Positions 51,468 through 64,000 of a DNA stretch of 64,000 nt are shown here, one piece after another. This DNA comes from Mytilus trossulus (taxonomy: Eukaryota), in NCBI RefSeq assembly GCF_036588685.1, contig NC_086373.1, positions 41,292,001-41,356,000 of the forward strand, given 5' to 3'. The notes under the pieces were generated by a model. That model searched no databases. It saw only the letters and a list, made by a program, of their open reading frames with translations, and was not told the DNA's origin. Each line of letters begins with the position of its first letter. The stretch's first letter is position 1. Both the position numbers and the translations under genes were made by a program.

Positions 51468-52379
51468 ACTTAGACAGCCGATGTCACCATAAATTGTGCA
51501 ATATTGAACTGATTTTTATCCATGTATTGTGATATTTTATAATTTTGTTTTGATACACAAATAAAAAAATTATTATGAAAGAATTTATTTTAATGTTTGA
51601 TCTTAGAATTTAGAACTGCCTCTTACGCATGTTGAAAATTTCTTGAAATATAAGACACATCAATAAAGCATTTTATTATTTTAATTCTTATGACTGCAAA
51701 ATGATTTTGGATGTGCACCAGAATAGCAAAGAACAAATGACAATATATGTCAATAAACAGAATTATTATTAAATGTTCTTCTTTGATAAAATATAAATGC
51801 TAAAGCTCAAAAATGTGTTTCATTTTTCGGAAATCTAGAAACGTGGAATGAGAGTTAAAAAAAAAATCTTAACTCCAAGGAAATTAAAAACGGAAAGTTC
51901 CATCAAATAACGAAATCAAAAGCTCAAACAATTCTAACGAATGAAGACAGTTGTCTTTGTCATGATTTAGAACAGACATGTCCTTCTAGAGAAGGTAATG
52001 GATTAAACCTGGTGTTATAGCTAGCGTTAACTCTCACATGTTTGCCAGCGGTATAAAGTTCCATTATATTGACATTAATGTGTTAGCAAAACAAACAGAC
52101 ATAAAAGATAAACATGTCAAATGATTGTGTTATGCTCGTTACCACTATGAAAAACCAAACAAATATTTCAACAAAGAAAAATCAAATGGCACATGTACGT
52201 AGCTTAAATTAAGCAAAAATAACAGATAAAAACAAATGACCATAGCAAAATAATGCAATGATGTTTCGTTCAACGCCAAAAGGATATTAACGAAAAGTAA
52301 CTAAACATTAAAGATGAGTAATTTAGAAGTACAAAAAAACACGCTATAACACGTTACCGAAAGAGAGGCGAGAATACCA

Positions 52380-52830
52380 AAGGGCATTGAAACTCATCAA
52401 TCGATAATGATCTGACAACGCCCATGGCTGAAATATAAAAAGACGAACAGACAACAATCACGGAATACCAAAGCAACAAATGCAACATGAACTCCCTTGA
52501 ACATTGGGGTTGATCTAATGTGCCCCGGAAGGGTAAGTAGATTGGGCTTCACATGTGGCATTCGCCATGTTTCTCATGTAAGTTAAAATCCGCTATTTTG
52601 TCTAATTCAGAAGGTCACATTCCTCCACGAGTTACGACAATGAAATGTATTTGTTGTCATCTGTGAAACAGTTATTTCATAAGGGTGAACCAACTCTCGA
52701 TAGCGTCAGTTAAATTAACGCAGGCATGATTTCAACTTCAACTTGGTTTAATTGCTCACTTGTGAGCACCAACTCTCTATCAAGGAATTCCTGATAGGAA
52801 ACACAAACGCTGGAATGTCATATCGAATGG
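52380..52830 (-). mobile_element. Highly degenerate Penelope-like 3' fragment (same family as 9770-10150)
   Basis: Colinear similarity, e.g. ccggaaggg..cacatgtg, catctgtgaaac.gttatt.cataa.ggt.aaccaactc, atgatttcaacttca, tctatcaaggaa. Confidence 0.6.
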
Positions 52831-53786
52831 GTTAAGTTTTTTTTATTTGTCTCAGATACTTATATATAATTAATAACTATAATTTCTTACATCCACTTCA
52901 TTTTAACGATGATAGATATTTCCATTTGTAATGGTCTTATTGGCAATCAAACGACATCTAATTATTTCTATATACTTGGTATATGAATGATTGTAATTTC
53001 GTTATGTCCCACTGTCAATTTCATCTAACCTTGACCTTATATTCATAGGCCAAAAGACAATATTTTTGGTTTGGTCTTTTTTTGAGATGCTACAAGGAAT
53101 AATGCCACATTGTAGCGTAAATGGAATAATTTTTAAGCAGTTAAGTGTACATGTCCGTCTTACATGGTGCATATGATCTTGGTTTCATTTTCATGGACTA
53201 CTGATATTGTTATTTTGATGCATGTATTGTTTCATATTTTCGACATACATTTAATCTTCAGTAAACAGTCGAGACATTTTAGCTAATTGCATAATTGCAC
53301 TCTTGTGTAAGATTGTTTTATTCAAATGTAATAGAAGGTCTTTCATTTGTGCAATTTGTAATAAGACTTTATCATGTGTGATTCGTTTGAATAAAAAATT
53401 ATCCACATGAAAAAAAATAAACATGTACAGATCAAACATATCAAATACTCTTCCGACACCTGTACATGAAAAACACGAAGTTTTATCGATCACCAATTGA
53501 ATAGTTTTATTGTTGATGTTCGCCCAAAATGTACCAAGTGTTATAATAGATTTTTTATGATATGCATGAAATTTCTTGATATTCTTAAACGGAAGATTAT
53601 ACACACAGAAAAAGAAGTATACCTAACAACAAAACTATTTCATTTAATTGTGTATAATATGACGTAAATCTTTTTCAAAGTTGATGTTTTTCTAAAAATT
53701 GTTTAACATATCCTAGCGGTTTTGATACTTATAACTTAGTTTTATTTATTTACTATTTACCTGAAGTATTCATCCCTTATTCTTTA

Positions 53787-54707
53787 TAATTAAGGTCTTT
53801 CCTTTTACTAAAGGGAAAGACCTTACTGTATTTCTTCTGATTATTATTATTAGGTCTTTCCACTTTTCTGTGGAAAGACCTATTGTTTTTCTTCTGATTT
53901 TTTTTTTTTTCTTCCGCCTAATTTTGTTCTTGCGATAAACATTTGTTTCGCAATATGTCGCTTAGATATTTTGTATATGATATCGAACAGTTTATGCGCT
54001 TTTGAAATTTACCCTGCGTAAACGAATACTTTTCTTTGTAGGAGTTATCTCCCCAAACACTGTTTTCCTTGTTATGGCATCTCCTTCGCAACCGTTAAAG
54101 ATTATGACAAATTTATTTTACAAAATTGTTCGTTACATCCTCAGTAATTTTTGGCGTATTTGGATCGAAGCGATTCGAAGAAATTTTATAGGAGTTATCT
54201 ATCTTTTCGGAATAAATTTGTCGGTATGTTTTTTTAACTCATAAACCGTTAACCGTATAACCCTGGAATGTTTTTATTTAAGTCCCCTGATTCCTAACTT
54301 AGAAAATTAGGTCAAGGTCAAAGGTCAAGGTCATATTTTAGATTTTCATATGTCTTTGATTTCCCTATAACTCTTGAACGGTTATAGATACAAAAAAAAT
54401 AAGCAGTGAAAAATGCTTGGTACTTCAAGGGACAACTTTTTTTACATTATGACTATATTGATTTTACCATCATGTAAGGGACATAACTCCCATCGATGGT
54501 TTTTAAAAGGCCATTTTTAGGCAAAACTCTTAAACAAAAGGTCCTTGACCCATAGGGTCTTTTGCAATGACTTTGTGGAGCAATGACCTTGACGAAGGTT
54601 ACAAGGTCAAAGGTCAAGGTCATCAAATTATGTGGTTTTGGCACTATTTAAACAGTTTTATGTGTGTTTGAATTTCAACTAACCAACCAACCAACCAACC
54701 AACCAAC

Positions 54708-54754
<47 letters not shown>

Positions 54755-55030
54755 GATCATGATCAATCAACCAATAATGATCATGTTCAATCAATCAATC
54801 ATGTTTCCGTCTCATGTGTTTCTTATAGGGTTCAACCAACCAACCAACCAACCAACCAACCAACCAATCAATCAATCAATCATGCATGATCATGATCATG
54901 ATCAACCAATCATGTTTCCGTCTCATGTGTGTAATATAGGGTCCAAGATCTTCTTTGTGTCTTTTTCCGTGTTTCAATTGACCCTATCCAATGTGTTTAA
55001 CCAACCAACCAACCAACCAACCAACCAACT

Positions 55031-55080
<50 letters not shown>

Positions 55081-55218
55081 GATCATGATCAATCAATCAT
55101 GTTTCCGTCTCATGTGTTTAATATAGGGTCCAAGATCTTCTTTCTTTTTCCGTGTTTCAATTGACCCTATCCAACGTGTTTAACCAACCAACCAACCAAC
55201 CAACCAACTAATCAACTT

Positions 55219-55253
<35 letters not shown>

Positions 55254-56925
55254 TGTATGACTGTTTAATCATGACAGTTTATTGAAGGAACAAACTCTCA
55301 ATTATTCAAGAAAAATTGAAATTTAATATTGTTCTTACGTCACTTCTGAAAAAAAATCCACATGTTCTCTGAAACTACAAGTACAATCGACCTCAAAATT
55401 TGCAGTCAGCAGGGCATACATGTACTAAACGTTTATAAAAAAACTTGGTGCAGATATCTCTCAAAGCTTTTCCTAGAGAAAAGAAATGGCAATGCCGTAA
55501 AAATAGCTTGCTAGGTCCGTAAATCTCAGTAAAAACCTACAATAAAATGTCCGCTCCGAGTTTGAAATACTAATCTGTGTTACAAACAGGTGCTGAAAAA
55601 TGTACATTATCAGAAAATAATCAATAAATGTGTTTTAAAGTTACACCGGATCAATTAAATCCAAAACATGCACTACTTGTGAACTGTCATCAAAATGTCA
55701 ATTTCCTACAATGACAAAAAAAATTACATTGTGTACATTCCATCTCTATAGATGTTGTCTGTTTAACGTCCCCACCTAAAAAGAAATAAAAAGACTATCT
55801 TTTCGTTATTATAAACCCGTGTCACGTGATGTGGCGCGCGCGCTGTACCTAAAATAAAACAAAAACTTTCCAAACTAAACATGAAACTTCTCCGGTAACA
55901 ATAATATAGACCCCATACAGGAAGAAAGAAAGAAACAAACAAACAAACAAACAAACACCCCCCAATTCAATTAATTTTACAGGGGGAAAGACCCCCTACA
56001 ATTGCTTTTTTAAAGCAATTGATTTATATTTATTATTCTTTTTGTTCCGCCAAACAATTTCCCTCCGTAACCGTAAGACGTGTCGCTTTCATGTTCACAC
56101 TTTGTATCGGTGTCATGAATACCTATCCGGAACTCACCCTGTGAGTCGAAATATTTTGTCGTTTCGGAGTAATCCCTACGAAACCCAAAAACCTTGTTAT
56201 CGTTCCAACACCGTAACCGTAATAGGTAGAAAAAAAATGAAGGGTGAAATTTGTTCAGGACCAGACCCCGGTTCTTCGTTACATTTGGATCCAAAAGATT
56301 CAACGACTCATTGGTAGGGTTATGCCCCTATGAAAATTAACCGGTGTCAGTTGGCCACCAAAACTCAGAAACCGTAAGTCGTAGACACATAAGATCTTCA
56401 CCAATCATCATCATTTCATGTATCTTTAAAAAATACCTCAAGGTCAAATTTGTATGTTGACCTTGACCTTTGACCTAACACCTTGTTATGGGATAATCTA
56501 TATATAACCATTATACTTACAGAAGTTTTAAATGGTGGAAAATGTTTGGGTCATTATGGCGCAACTTTGTTACATTTTGACCAAAAAGATTTGACCTTTC
56601 TATAAGGGGCATAACCCCTGTTTTAGGTTTTTGAAAAGACAAAATCAGCTTTTACTATATAACCAAAGGTCCAAGACCCTTGGGGTCTTCAGTAATGGCA
56701 TTGGGGACCAATGACCTTGACAAAGGTCAAAAGGTCAAAGGTCAAGGTCATGTCCCAGATAGCGAATTTAGTGTTTTTAACCTTATTTAAAGGATTTTTA
56801 GTGTGTTTTCGAGCTTTTTAAGGTTGACCTTGACCTTTTCAATACATTCTACGTCTGTTGAAACATGTATTTTACATTAAAAAAGGAAAGACCTCTCAAT
56901 TGTTCAAGAACAATTGACAGTTTAA
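53787..56925 (+). mobile_element. Two nested Helentron-type non-autonomous (HINE-like) elements. Inner copy ~53841-56025
   Basis: Two 5' hairpins (aggtctttcc...ggaaagacct at 53793 and 53852) and two 3' ends with ggaaagacc plus a caattg..caattg stem-loop (~55985-56022, ~56884-56917). Internal ttgacctt/aaggtcaa cores and microsatellites. Confidence 0.65.
54680..55255. repeat. Compound (AACC)n(AATC)n microsatellites within ~150-185 bp higher-order repeats
   Basis: Directly visible. The spacer catgtttccgtctcatgtgt occurs three times. Confidence 0.92.
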
Positions 56926-59489
56926 TTATGTATTTGCATTGTATCACAGATCAAAGGAGTAGATCCAGTAAGACCCCTTTTTGGCCCCAAAATATAGCAG
57001 TTTTACAAAATTGTTAAAATAAAAACTTTAAGTTATTTATTGAACATTAGATGCTTCTGCTACATGAATATGGACTGTTTTTTGACAAAACAATGTACAT
57101 ATATAGGGTACTAGCACCATTTAGTCATGCTAAATTACTGAAATCTTCACAATTCTATCATTTTGGTAAATTTTTTAGACGGTTTCCGTGTAAAACGAAA
57201 GTGGCCGCATTCGTGTTCATCCAAAATATTGAATTGTAAATTGTATTTGATGATAATACATAACATATATAAAGGTTGAGGATGAACACGTGTGCGGCCA
57301 CTTCATTTTTGACAAAAAACCCATCCGAAAAGCGACATTTTTCGGCATATCTGGTAGATTTTTCATATTTGAGCTTGAATCGGATCGTTTTTAATGACTA
57401 AATTAGTTAAAATCTTTCACATAAATTAATTGAATCAAATGAAATAGACACTTTAGTGTTTAAAAAGTGGTCAACATATTTCGTCAGATAAACCTGAAGT
57501 CTGAGTAAATTCCCAGCGACTTTTCGACCTAATTAGGTTAAAAAAAAAAATAACAATAATTATGGGTCTGATTAATTTGCCCTTTTGACATTAAAATATG
57601 TTTATAAATTTAAAATGACGATGTCTTTCACTTTTTACTGAAAGAATCGTTGAAGGAAAGTAACCTATCATTTAAACCCCAAGGGGTATTAAATATTGAA
57701 ATTTGTATCACTGTTGGTATTCATCCGTCCGGCAGTAAAACCCTTGAACATCGTAAAAAAAAAATACAAAACAAAACGGAAAATTTATATTCCCGCGTTT
57801 CGAAGAAGGTGTCTCAAAAGGAAAGTTCTTTAATACTGTATTTGTTTATGTGGTAACGTGAATCAACCATTTGTGATTGTGTAATTAATTATTCTAAGTA
57901 AATGAAGTAAAAGTAGGTATTTTTTTGCGTATGAAAATCATTCTACTCACAGACGTTCAACAAATAACTTTGATTTCTTATTACTTGGTATTTGTTTTCT
58001 ATGAGTTCGTCATTAATATACCAAGATGTGTTTACACGTCGCCCGTATACTGGTCTTCATATCAATTTTCTTAATTAAAATTATTATGTTTTCTTCTTGG
58101 TTTAAATTTGGAGGGCTGTTCAAGACAGATATTTATAGCAATAAGGACATTTAGTGCTTTCCAGCTGCATTGTTCATATGTTTATTTGTTCTTTATCTAT
58201 ATTCACTTTTGAACATCATACATGTATTGCTATTAAATAATATCAATAATGAATGTCCGGCTCAGTCAGATTTCACGACTTATTGAATTCTGTTTTTTTT
58301 TATGGAAGTACAGTTAAGAAACTCAAAAAGGAGAAGTCGAAAAACCCGACAAAATCAAACATTATACTCACTGTTGTCATCTCAATACCACAAATAAGAT
58401 AAAGGAAATGAAAATGAAAAAATGACAAATGGGACACTAATGCTTATTAGTTGTTTACCATATTTAATTATAATAACTACACTGAGTTCGGTAGCATTTA
58501 AGAGCAGTCGATTCATTTAGTGTATTCATTACAACACAATGAGTTGATGAGAAAATGTTAACACCATATCTTTCTCAAAATATCATTTAAACTTGAATAT
58601 GTAATCAAAATGTAATGTTTCATATTTAAATGATTCATAACATCACCTTATAGATTCTTATCCTAGAATTGAAAGTTTATTTGCGCCACAATTTATTTCA
58701 AAGGTCAAAATATAGAGCTGTGCGGCATATTTTTAACGTTTATATGCCCTGAACTTCTCAGAGTTTAAACTTACACTAATTTTCTTAACTACCCATACCT
58801 CGAATTAAAAGTTACCACAGATTTCAATGTAAACAATATGCTCGTGTTTATTTACTGGTAACATTCCCAAGTTCTGTCTCTGCGATATGGAACACAGAGT
58901 ATGTAAAGAAAATTAATTTTCTATGAATATTCAATTTCTCCCAAAAAGAGGCGGGTCTTCAGAAACAGCTGTATTTACAAAGTGCAACCTATAGGGTGAA
59001 TTATCAGATAACACTCCAGGTTAATCAATCTTAATAGTAATAATGAACTCGCTAGAGGCTTGTTTATTGTCATTTCGAAAGTGATATCTGAAGTTGATTT
59101 CAAGCGATATTCCATTCTCACTGGTTATGAAACCAATAGTTACGACATTCTTTTAATAAAAGCTATCAAATATAAAAAAAAAACTCACTTGCCTGTCAAA
59201 ATTCGTTTCTATTTATTTAAAGTACTAAACGTCTCAAAATTCGTTTCTATTCATTTAAAGTATTAAACTTTTTTTTAACCACAAAAATGAGATATGATAT
59301 CGTGTGGTATTTTATAAAACTTTAGATAAAATTTAAACTCTTAACTTTTGTTTAACTGAAACAATATAAACTGATCGAAAACTGAAAAAAAATTTAGGGT
59401 TTTGTGTGATATCTGCTCTTGGTCGACATCTTTAATCCAGTAACAGTATGCGTTATCTGCTCTTTGGTCGGGTTGTTGTTTCCTTGACA

Positions 59490-59675
59490 TACTGTGGATT
59501 CATTATTATTCGTTGGATACCAATTTTCGGGTACAGACGAACAACGAAATTAAATGTTCAACGAATACCAAATTTTCTATAGGCTTGTATGCAGATTTCT
59601 TCAAAACCACGAAATTGAATATCCACGAACATATAAGTTTTCCTCAATCCACGAAAATTGGTATCCACGAAAAAC
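59490..59675. mobile_element. Truncated MITE-like element
   Basis: Inverted cgttggataccaattttcg / cgaaaattggtatccacg, starting tactgtggattc. Confidence 0.5.
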
Positions 59676-59791
59676 CACAGTATTCCTCAAATCCATCCTT
59701 AATTTCATTCAACATTTTAGAGGACGACACTGAATGATATACTGAAGTTACATAATGACGGTATATCTTTGCTTGTTTGTATTGTTCTTTA

Positions 59792-60754
59792 AGCCTCGGT
59801 CGCACCTTACTGGATAGCCCGAACGGACGGCTAACGGATGAACATAAAAGTTGTCCGTTGACAAAATTGATATCCGTTGCATTGGGAATCCGTTGATGAC
59901 CAAATAAAACGGGCGCGTAACGAATGCATGACAGACACACACCGGATATGCAACGAACCAAAAACGGAAACGTATCGGACAGAACGAATGTCAACGAACA
60001 TCCAATGGACGAGTAAAGGACAAAACGGACACCTAACGGAAGTGTACCGGATAAAACGGATGAACAAGATAAAGAATTAAATTCGACGAGAAAATAATAA
60101 TAAATGTAAATGTAAATCGCATAAATATTCAAAATGTTTCTGTGCATCTGGTTTTGGTTTGTTCTTCAAAATGTCGTCAAAGGCCTAAATAAAAGATGCT
60201 TGATTGTGAGGACGTGCCCTTATACTCTAAGATCGATTATGAATAATAAGATACATGAAGCTTAAAATATTTAATTAGAAATTTCTGACGCCAAATTTTC
60301 AATTGACATTTATCCGTTCAAGATCCTTTCATCATCCGTTTTATCTGTTATACGTCCGGTAGAAGTCCGTTTCACATTCGTTCAACATCCGTTTCACATT
60401 CGTTCAACATCCGTTTCACATTCGTTCAACATCCGTTTTATCCCTTCGACGTCCCTTAGAAGTTCGTTGGTGAATTTATTTTTCAGACCTTTAACGCATG
60501 TATAATGGACACGTAACGGATACGAAAAATAAACAAAACGGACACGTTCCGTACAAAACGGAGGCCTACCGTACGTTCAACGGACGTTTCATATGTTGGA
60601 CGTCCGTTCAAAGTTTTGAATATCCTCAAAAAATTTCCAACAGACAGAACGGACGTCGACGGATAAAACGTACGTCTAACGGACATGAACGGATTGACAA
60701 AAAGTTATCCGTTAGTCATCCGTTCGAGCTATCCGTTAAGGTGTGACCGATGCT
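59792..60754. mobile_element. Non-autonomous DNA transposon, PIF/Harbinger-like
   Basis: About 55-bp imperfect TIRs (agcctcggtcgcacctta... / ...taaggtgtgaccgatgct), TTA on both sides, dense AACGGA/TCCGTT subterminal motifs and a 22-bp x3 tandem repeat at ~60366-60438. Confidence 0.82.
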
Positions 60755-60969
60755 TTATAAATTCATTAAAGCTGTTGCAATAATTGAATTGAATTGAATT
60801 GACATGTTTTAAATGCTGATAAACGAAATTATACTTTAATCATTTTCAATTTAATGAATTATCATTATTTAACGTTAGTCTTTTGTATCTAATCCGTCCA
60901 GTTGTAAAATAAACCTAAACAATGATCGTTAACCACCAGACACTGCACAAGATGCATTTAACATTAGTT

Positions 60970-61250
60970 TTAAGGTGGTACCTAACACTACAGGGAGATA
61001 ACTCTGTAACATCAGCTAAACGTTTCACTTACGTTGCTTTGTGAAGGCAATATAAAGCTTCACAATGATCAAAATTAGTGTATGTCTAACTGCTATATAA
61101 CCAGTGTAATTTTTCAGATAAAACGCTTGGTTCAAATTTTTTGATTTTTTTATATTTTTGTTAAAGGGTCAAAGTAAATACTTTGACAGAATTTTATGAA
61201 AATTAAACGAGCCAAATTAATTTTAGTGAAAGTGTTGGGTACCACCTTAA
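60970..61250. mobile_element. MITE with TTAA target duplication (Kolobok-like)
   Basis: TTAA-ggtggtacctaacact ... agtgttgggtaccacc-TTAA. Confidence 0.82.
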
Positions 61251-61796
61251 GATAAATAAATTGTATTTATAAGTAACTTAAACTTATTAAATGCCATCAA
61301 CTATAGATGCTGTCAGATTTTATGAATTCTGAGGATTGTGTCATAAAAAAAGTAAAACTTGGTGAAAAAGACAGCAATAGTCTCCAATTTCGTTGAACAA
61401 AATCAAATTCGGAACAGAGTGATTTTACGCACATCAATGGTGTCTATTTTTTAAGACCACACAATTTAAATGAATATTTTCCTGTGACAAACATCCTGAT
61501 ATATTCGCTATGGTTTCACATCTTGACCTTTGCAATATAGTTTTTGAAACTAAAAATACGTCTTTTAGATGAATATTTAACAAAATAAAAAATGCGGACA
61601 GCTTAAATCAAACGTTACTCATTTTTTTAAAAAATTTAAACAACATTTTCTGCCCAAACTGATGTGTTTTAAAATATTGTTTGATTGTGGTTAGGCGATA
61701 CGGGAGACTGGGGTCAAAGTTTTTAACATATAAACCCAATGCAAGTTTGACATTTAGAACTTGATTGATGACAATATTTACAGCATTTCAAAACTT

Positions 61797-61866
61797 ACGT
61801 CACACCTGCACTGAACCATTTATTTCCTCTAGTACAGTATATTTCCTCATATAAAGTGTATATAAG
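61797..61866 (+). promoter_or_regulatory. Family core promoter of gene 5. Non-coding exon 1 ends at 61937
   Basis: Near-identical to 49145-49214. Donor aag|gtaagt at 61938. Confidence 0.75.
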
Positions 61867-62347
61867 ACAGAAATGAATTGAAGACTTCACAAAAACATTT
61901 CTGTACACCGTTAAATAACGATACACATACATTCAAGGTAAGTTATATATGTTTATAAGGAGTTTATTTTTCAAAAAATAATAGAGTATGTTTTTATATG
62001 CAATATATGCAATTAATATTTAATTGAAAGAACAACAACGTCTATCTTGTTAAAACAATAGATTCGCAGTATAGATATATGAATACTGATGCAATTATGA
62101 TTTGAGCAAGAAATATTTCTAGGAACGTCAAATCATCGAAAATCACGGATTCAAAAGATAAATGGTTTTTTTCTTAATTCTATGATGTATGGCAAACATA
62201 CATTTTCCATGATGAGTCATGTTGATAAGTTTTGCAGTCCTCGTTTAAGGCATTAAATATACTGGTAAAATTAATTTTTCGTTTTCAGTAATATTTTCAA
62301 ACCAATCGAATTGAGTTGCATTTGTTCTAATATTCATTCCAGGTATA

Positions 62348-63882
62348 ATGGAAGGGAAAGCTGTTATCATTTTCTTTGGATTTATAGCATGTGCTTTTGC
62401 TGGTATGTATCTTATAACGTTATATATTTTTGTTATTGTTTAAATGCTGATTTATACAAGGAATTAAGTAGTTATGAGCAAACATTATCAAAACATTACA
62501 GTCCAAATATTTGAAAACAAACAATCCAAAAATTCTTAAAACAAATGATTAGATACATGAATGTTGAAATTAACATGCAAGCAATGATACATCGTTTCAA
62601 CACCTGGTTTATACGTTTACCATGTTTCTGAAGGAAAACAATCAGGGAAAAAAACAAATTTGAAATCATTTAAGAATAAAAATTGAAGCATGCAAAACAC
62701 AAATGACGGATACATAACACAAGAATACCTGATATTTTGTATTTAAAGCACAAACATGCTTAACGATCGGTGTAAGTAAATTAGAACAACGGTTTTTGAC
62801 CTTGAAAAATAGTTAATAGAACAAAGATTCCGACAAAAACAAACTTTTTTGATCTATTATTTAGAAAATACAAAAATAAACATTCATTTATTACGAATTT
62901 ATTTTACATATTTCTATGAGTAAAAGGCATTTTTCACTCTCGCTACTTACGATGAAACCATGAAAGTACTCTATGCAATGTTTATATCAGTAATACAATC
63001 TATAATAAACACTTTGTTTGTAAAAATCATCGAAACCTAATTATATTTATAATCTGATCGACGTCACTGTTGGGTCTTATGTAGATGAAATGTTCGTCCG
63101 ACTAATGAAATAAATAGCCTGGTATCTCTTATTTTTTCGATTGATAATTCATATTTCAACATTTATGATTAAAATTTATTATTACAGTATATTCACCCAA
63201 AGGCGGGAAAGCTTGTGAAATTGAATGCTCGAGTCATTCAGAATGTCCAGAAGGTCACAGTTGTCAAACTGAAGGATGTGATCGTATGTGCAGACCTAGA
63301 AGAGTAATTTTATCAAATTCAGCAGTTAGATCAGACATATTTTCATCTGGATGTCTTCAGAGATGTATGGACCGAGGTAACCTAGGTTGCAGAAGTCTGT
63401 GTCAGCGTAGTGAAGATTCATTATCGGGAGGCCAAATCAATCCTGGCAGATCCTTAGACAGTAGATTCCAAGATGCTTTAGTAGATTCTATTCGGTCAGA
63501 TAGTCTTGTTAGACATACCTCGTCAGTAGGTGATTCTATTCGGTCAGGTAGTCTTGTTAAACATATGTCGCCAGTAGGTGGTTCTATTCTGTCAGATAGT
63601 CGTCTTGGACGTATCTCACAAGTAGGTGATTCTATTCGGTCAGGTAGTGTTGGAAGACATATCTCGCCAGTAGGTTCTATAGGGTCAGGTAGTCTTCTTG
63701 GACGTATATCTCCAGTAGGTTCTATTCGGTCAGATGGTTTAGTTGGACGTATCTCGCATGTTGATTCAATTTTAAATAAAGGCTGTCAAAATACATGCAT
63801 TTCACGAGGCTGCAACTTTAACGAGGAATGTGTAACACGAGGTGGATGTTCTGTATGTGTTCGTGCCAAGACGTACGCATAA
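62348..63882 (+). CDS. Cluster gene 5: secreted Cys-capped repeat protein, 249 aa. Coding exons 62348-62402 and 63188-63882
   Basis: MEGKAVIIFFGFIACAFA-G|gtatgt. Acceptor ttacag| gives VYSPKGGKACEIECSSHSECPEGHSCQTEGCDRMC..., in frame with ORF 63286-63882, ending VRAKTYA*. AATAAA at ~63975. Confidence 0.92.
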
Positions 63883-64000
63883 AAAAATACAACAGATGAC
63901 ATAATATATTGTGCAATATTAAACTGATTTTTATCCATGTATCGTGATATTTTATAATTTTGTATTGATACACAAATAAAGTATTTATTATATCAGAGTT

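Noticed and set aside
54753-55082. NQPT/NQSI repeat ORF
   Set aside because: It is the translation of AACC/AATC microsatellites inside a transposon.
59644-60746. Several overlapping ORFs of 64-167 aa
   Set aside because: They lie in a relatively GC-rich non-autonomous TIR element and show no transposase motifs.
20863-63882. Assigning the cluster to known mussel proteins (foot proteins, myticin/mytilin, CRP-I, perlwapin)
   Set aside because: The Cys spacing, repeat composition and signal peptide do not match what I can recall of those families, so no gene symbol is given.

Overview
This is AT-rich eukaryotic DNA, most likely a bivalve such as Mytilus (inferred from the repeat content). It has spliced genes that the ORF track largely misses and one N-gap (40045-40232). 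(1) A cluster of five paralogous 3-exon genes for secreted proteins, arranged 1(-) 2(+) 3(-) 4(+) 5(+). Their layout is signal peptide MEGKAV..FxGFxSCxxA, a 6-Cys WAP-like module, a CX3C-X7-CX3C hairpin, Gly/Ser/Arg/Ile repeats built on a 9-mer, a second 6-Cys module, and a VRxxxY[AT] end. Four share a conserved core promoter. I do not recognise this family. (2) A minus-strand gene running off the left edge that joins a signal peptide, a beta-/big-defensin-like Cys exon and C-type lectin exons. (3) Two BEL/Pao LTR retrotransposons with TG...TA termini and a tRNA-His PBS, one internally deleted and intronic, one full length but disrupted. (4) A 5'-truncated Penelope-like (Naiad-type) retroelement with an in-frame TGA at a conserved Cys and a type II SECIS-like hairpin in its 3' UTR, plus older fragments. 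(5) Degenerate hammerhead-ribozyme repeats, MITEs, nested Helentron-type elements and microsatellites. All exon structures were deduced by hand from splice signals, phase and paralogy, with no transcript data.
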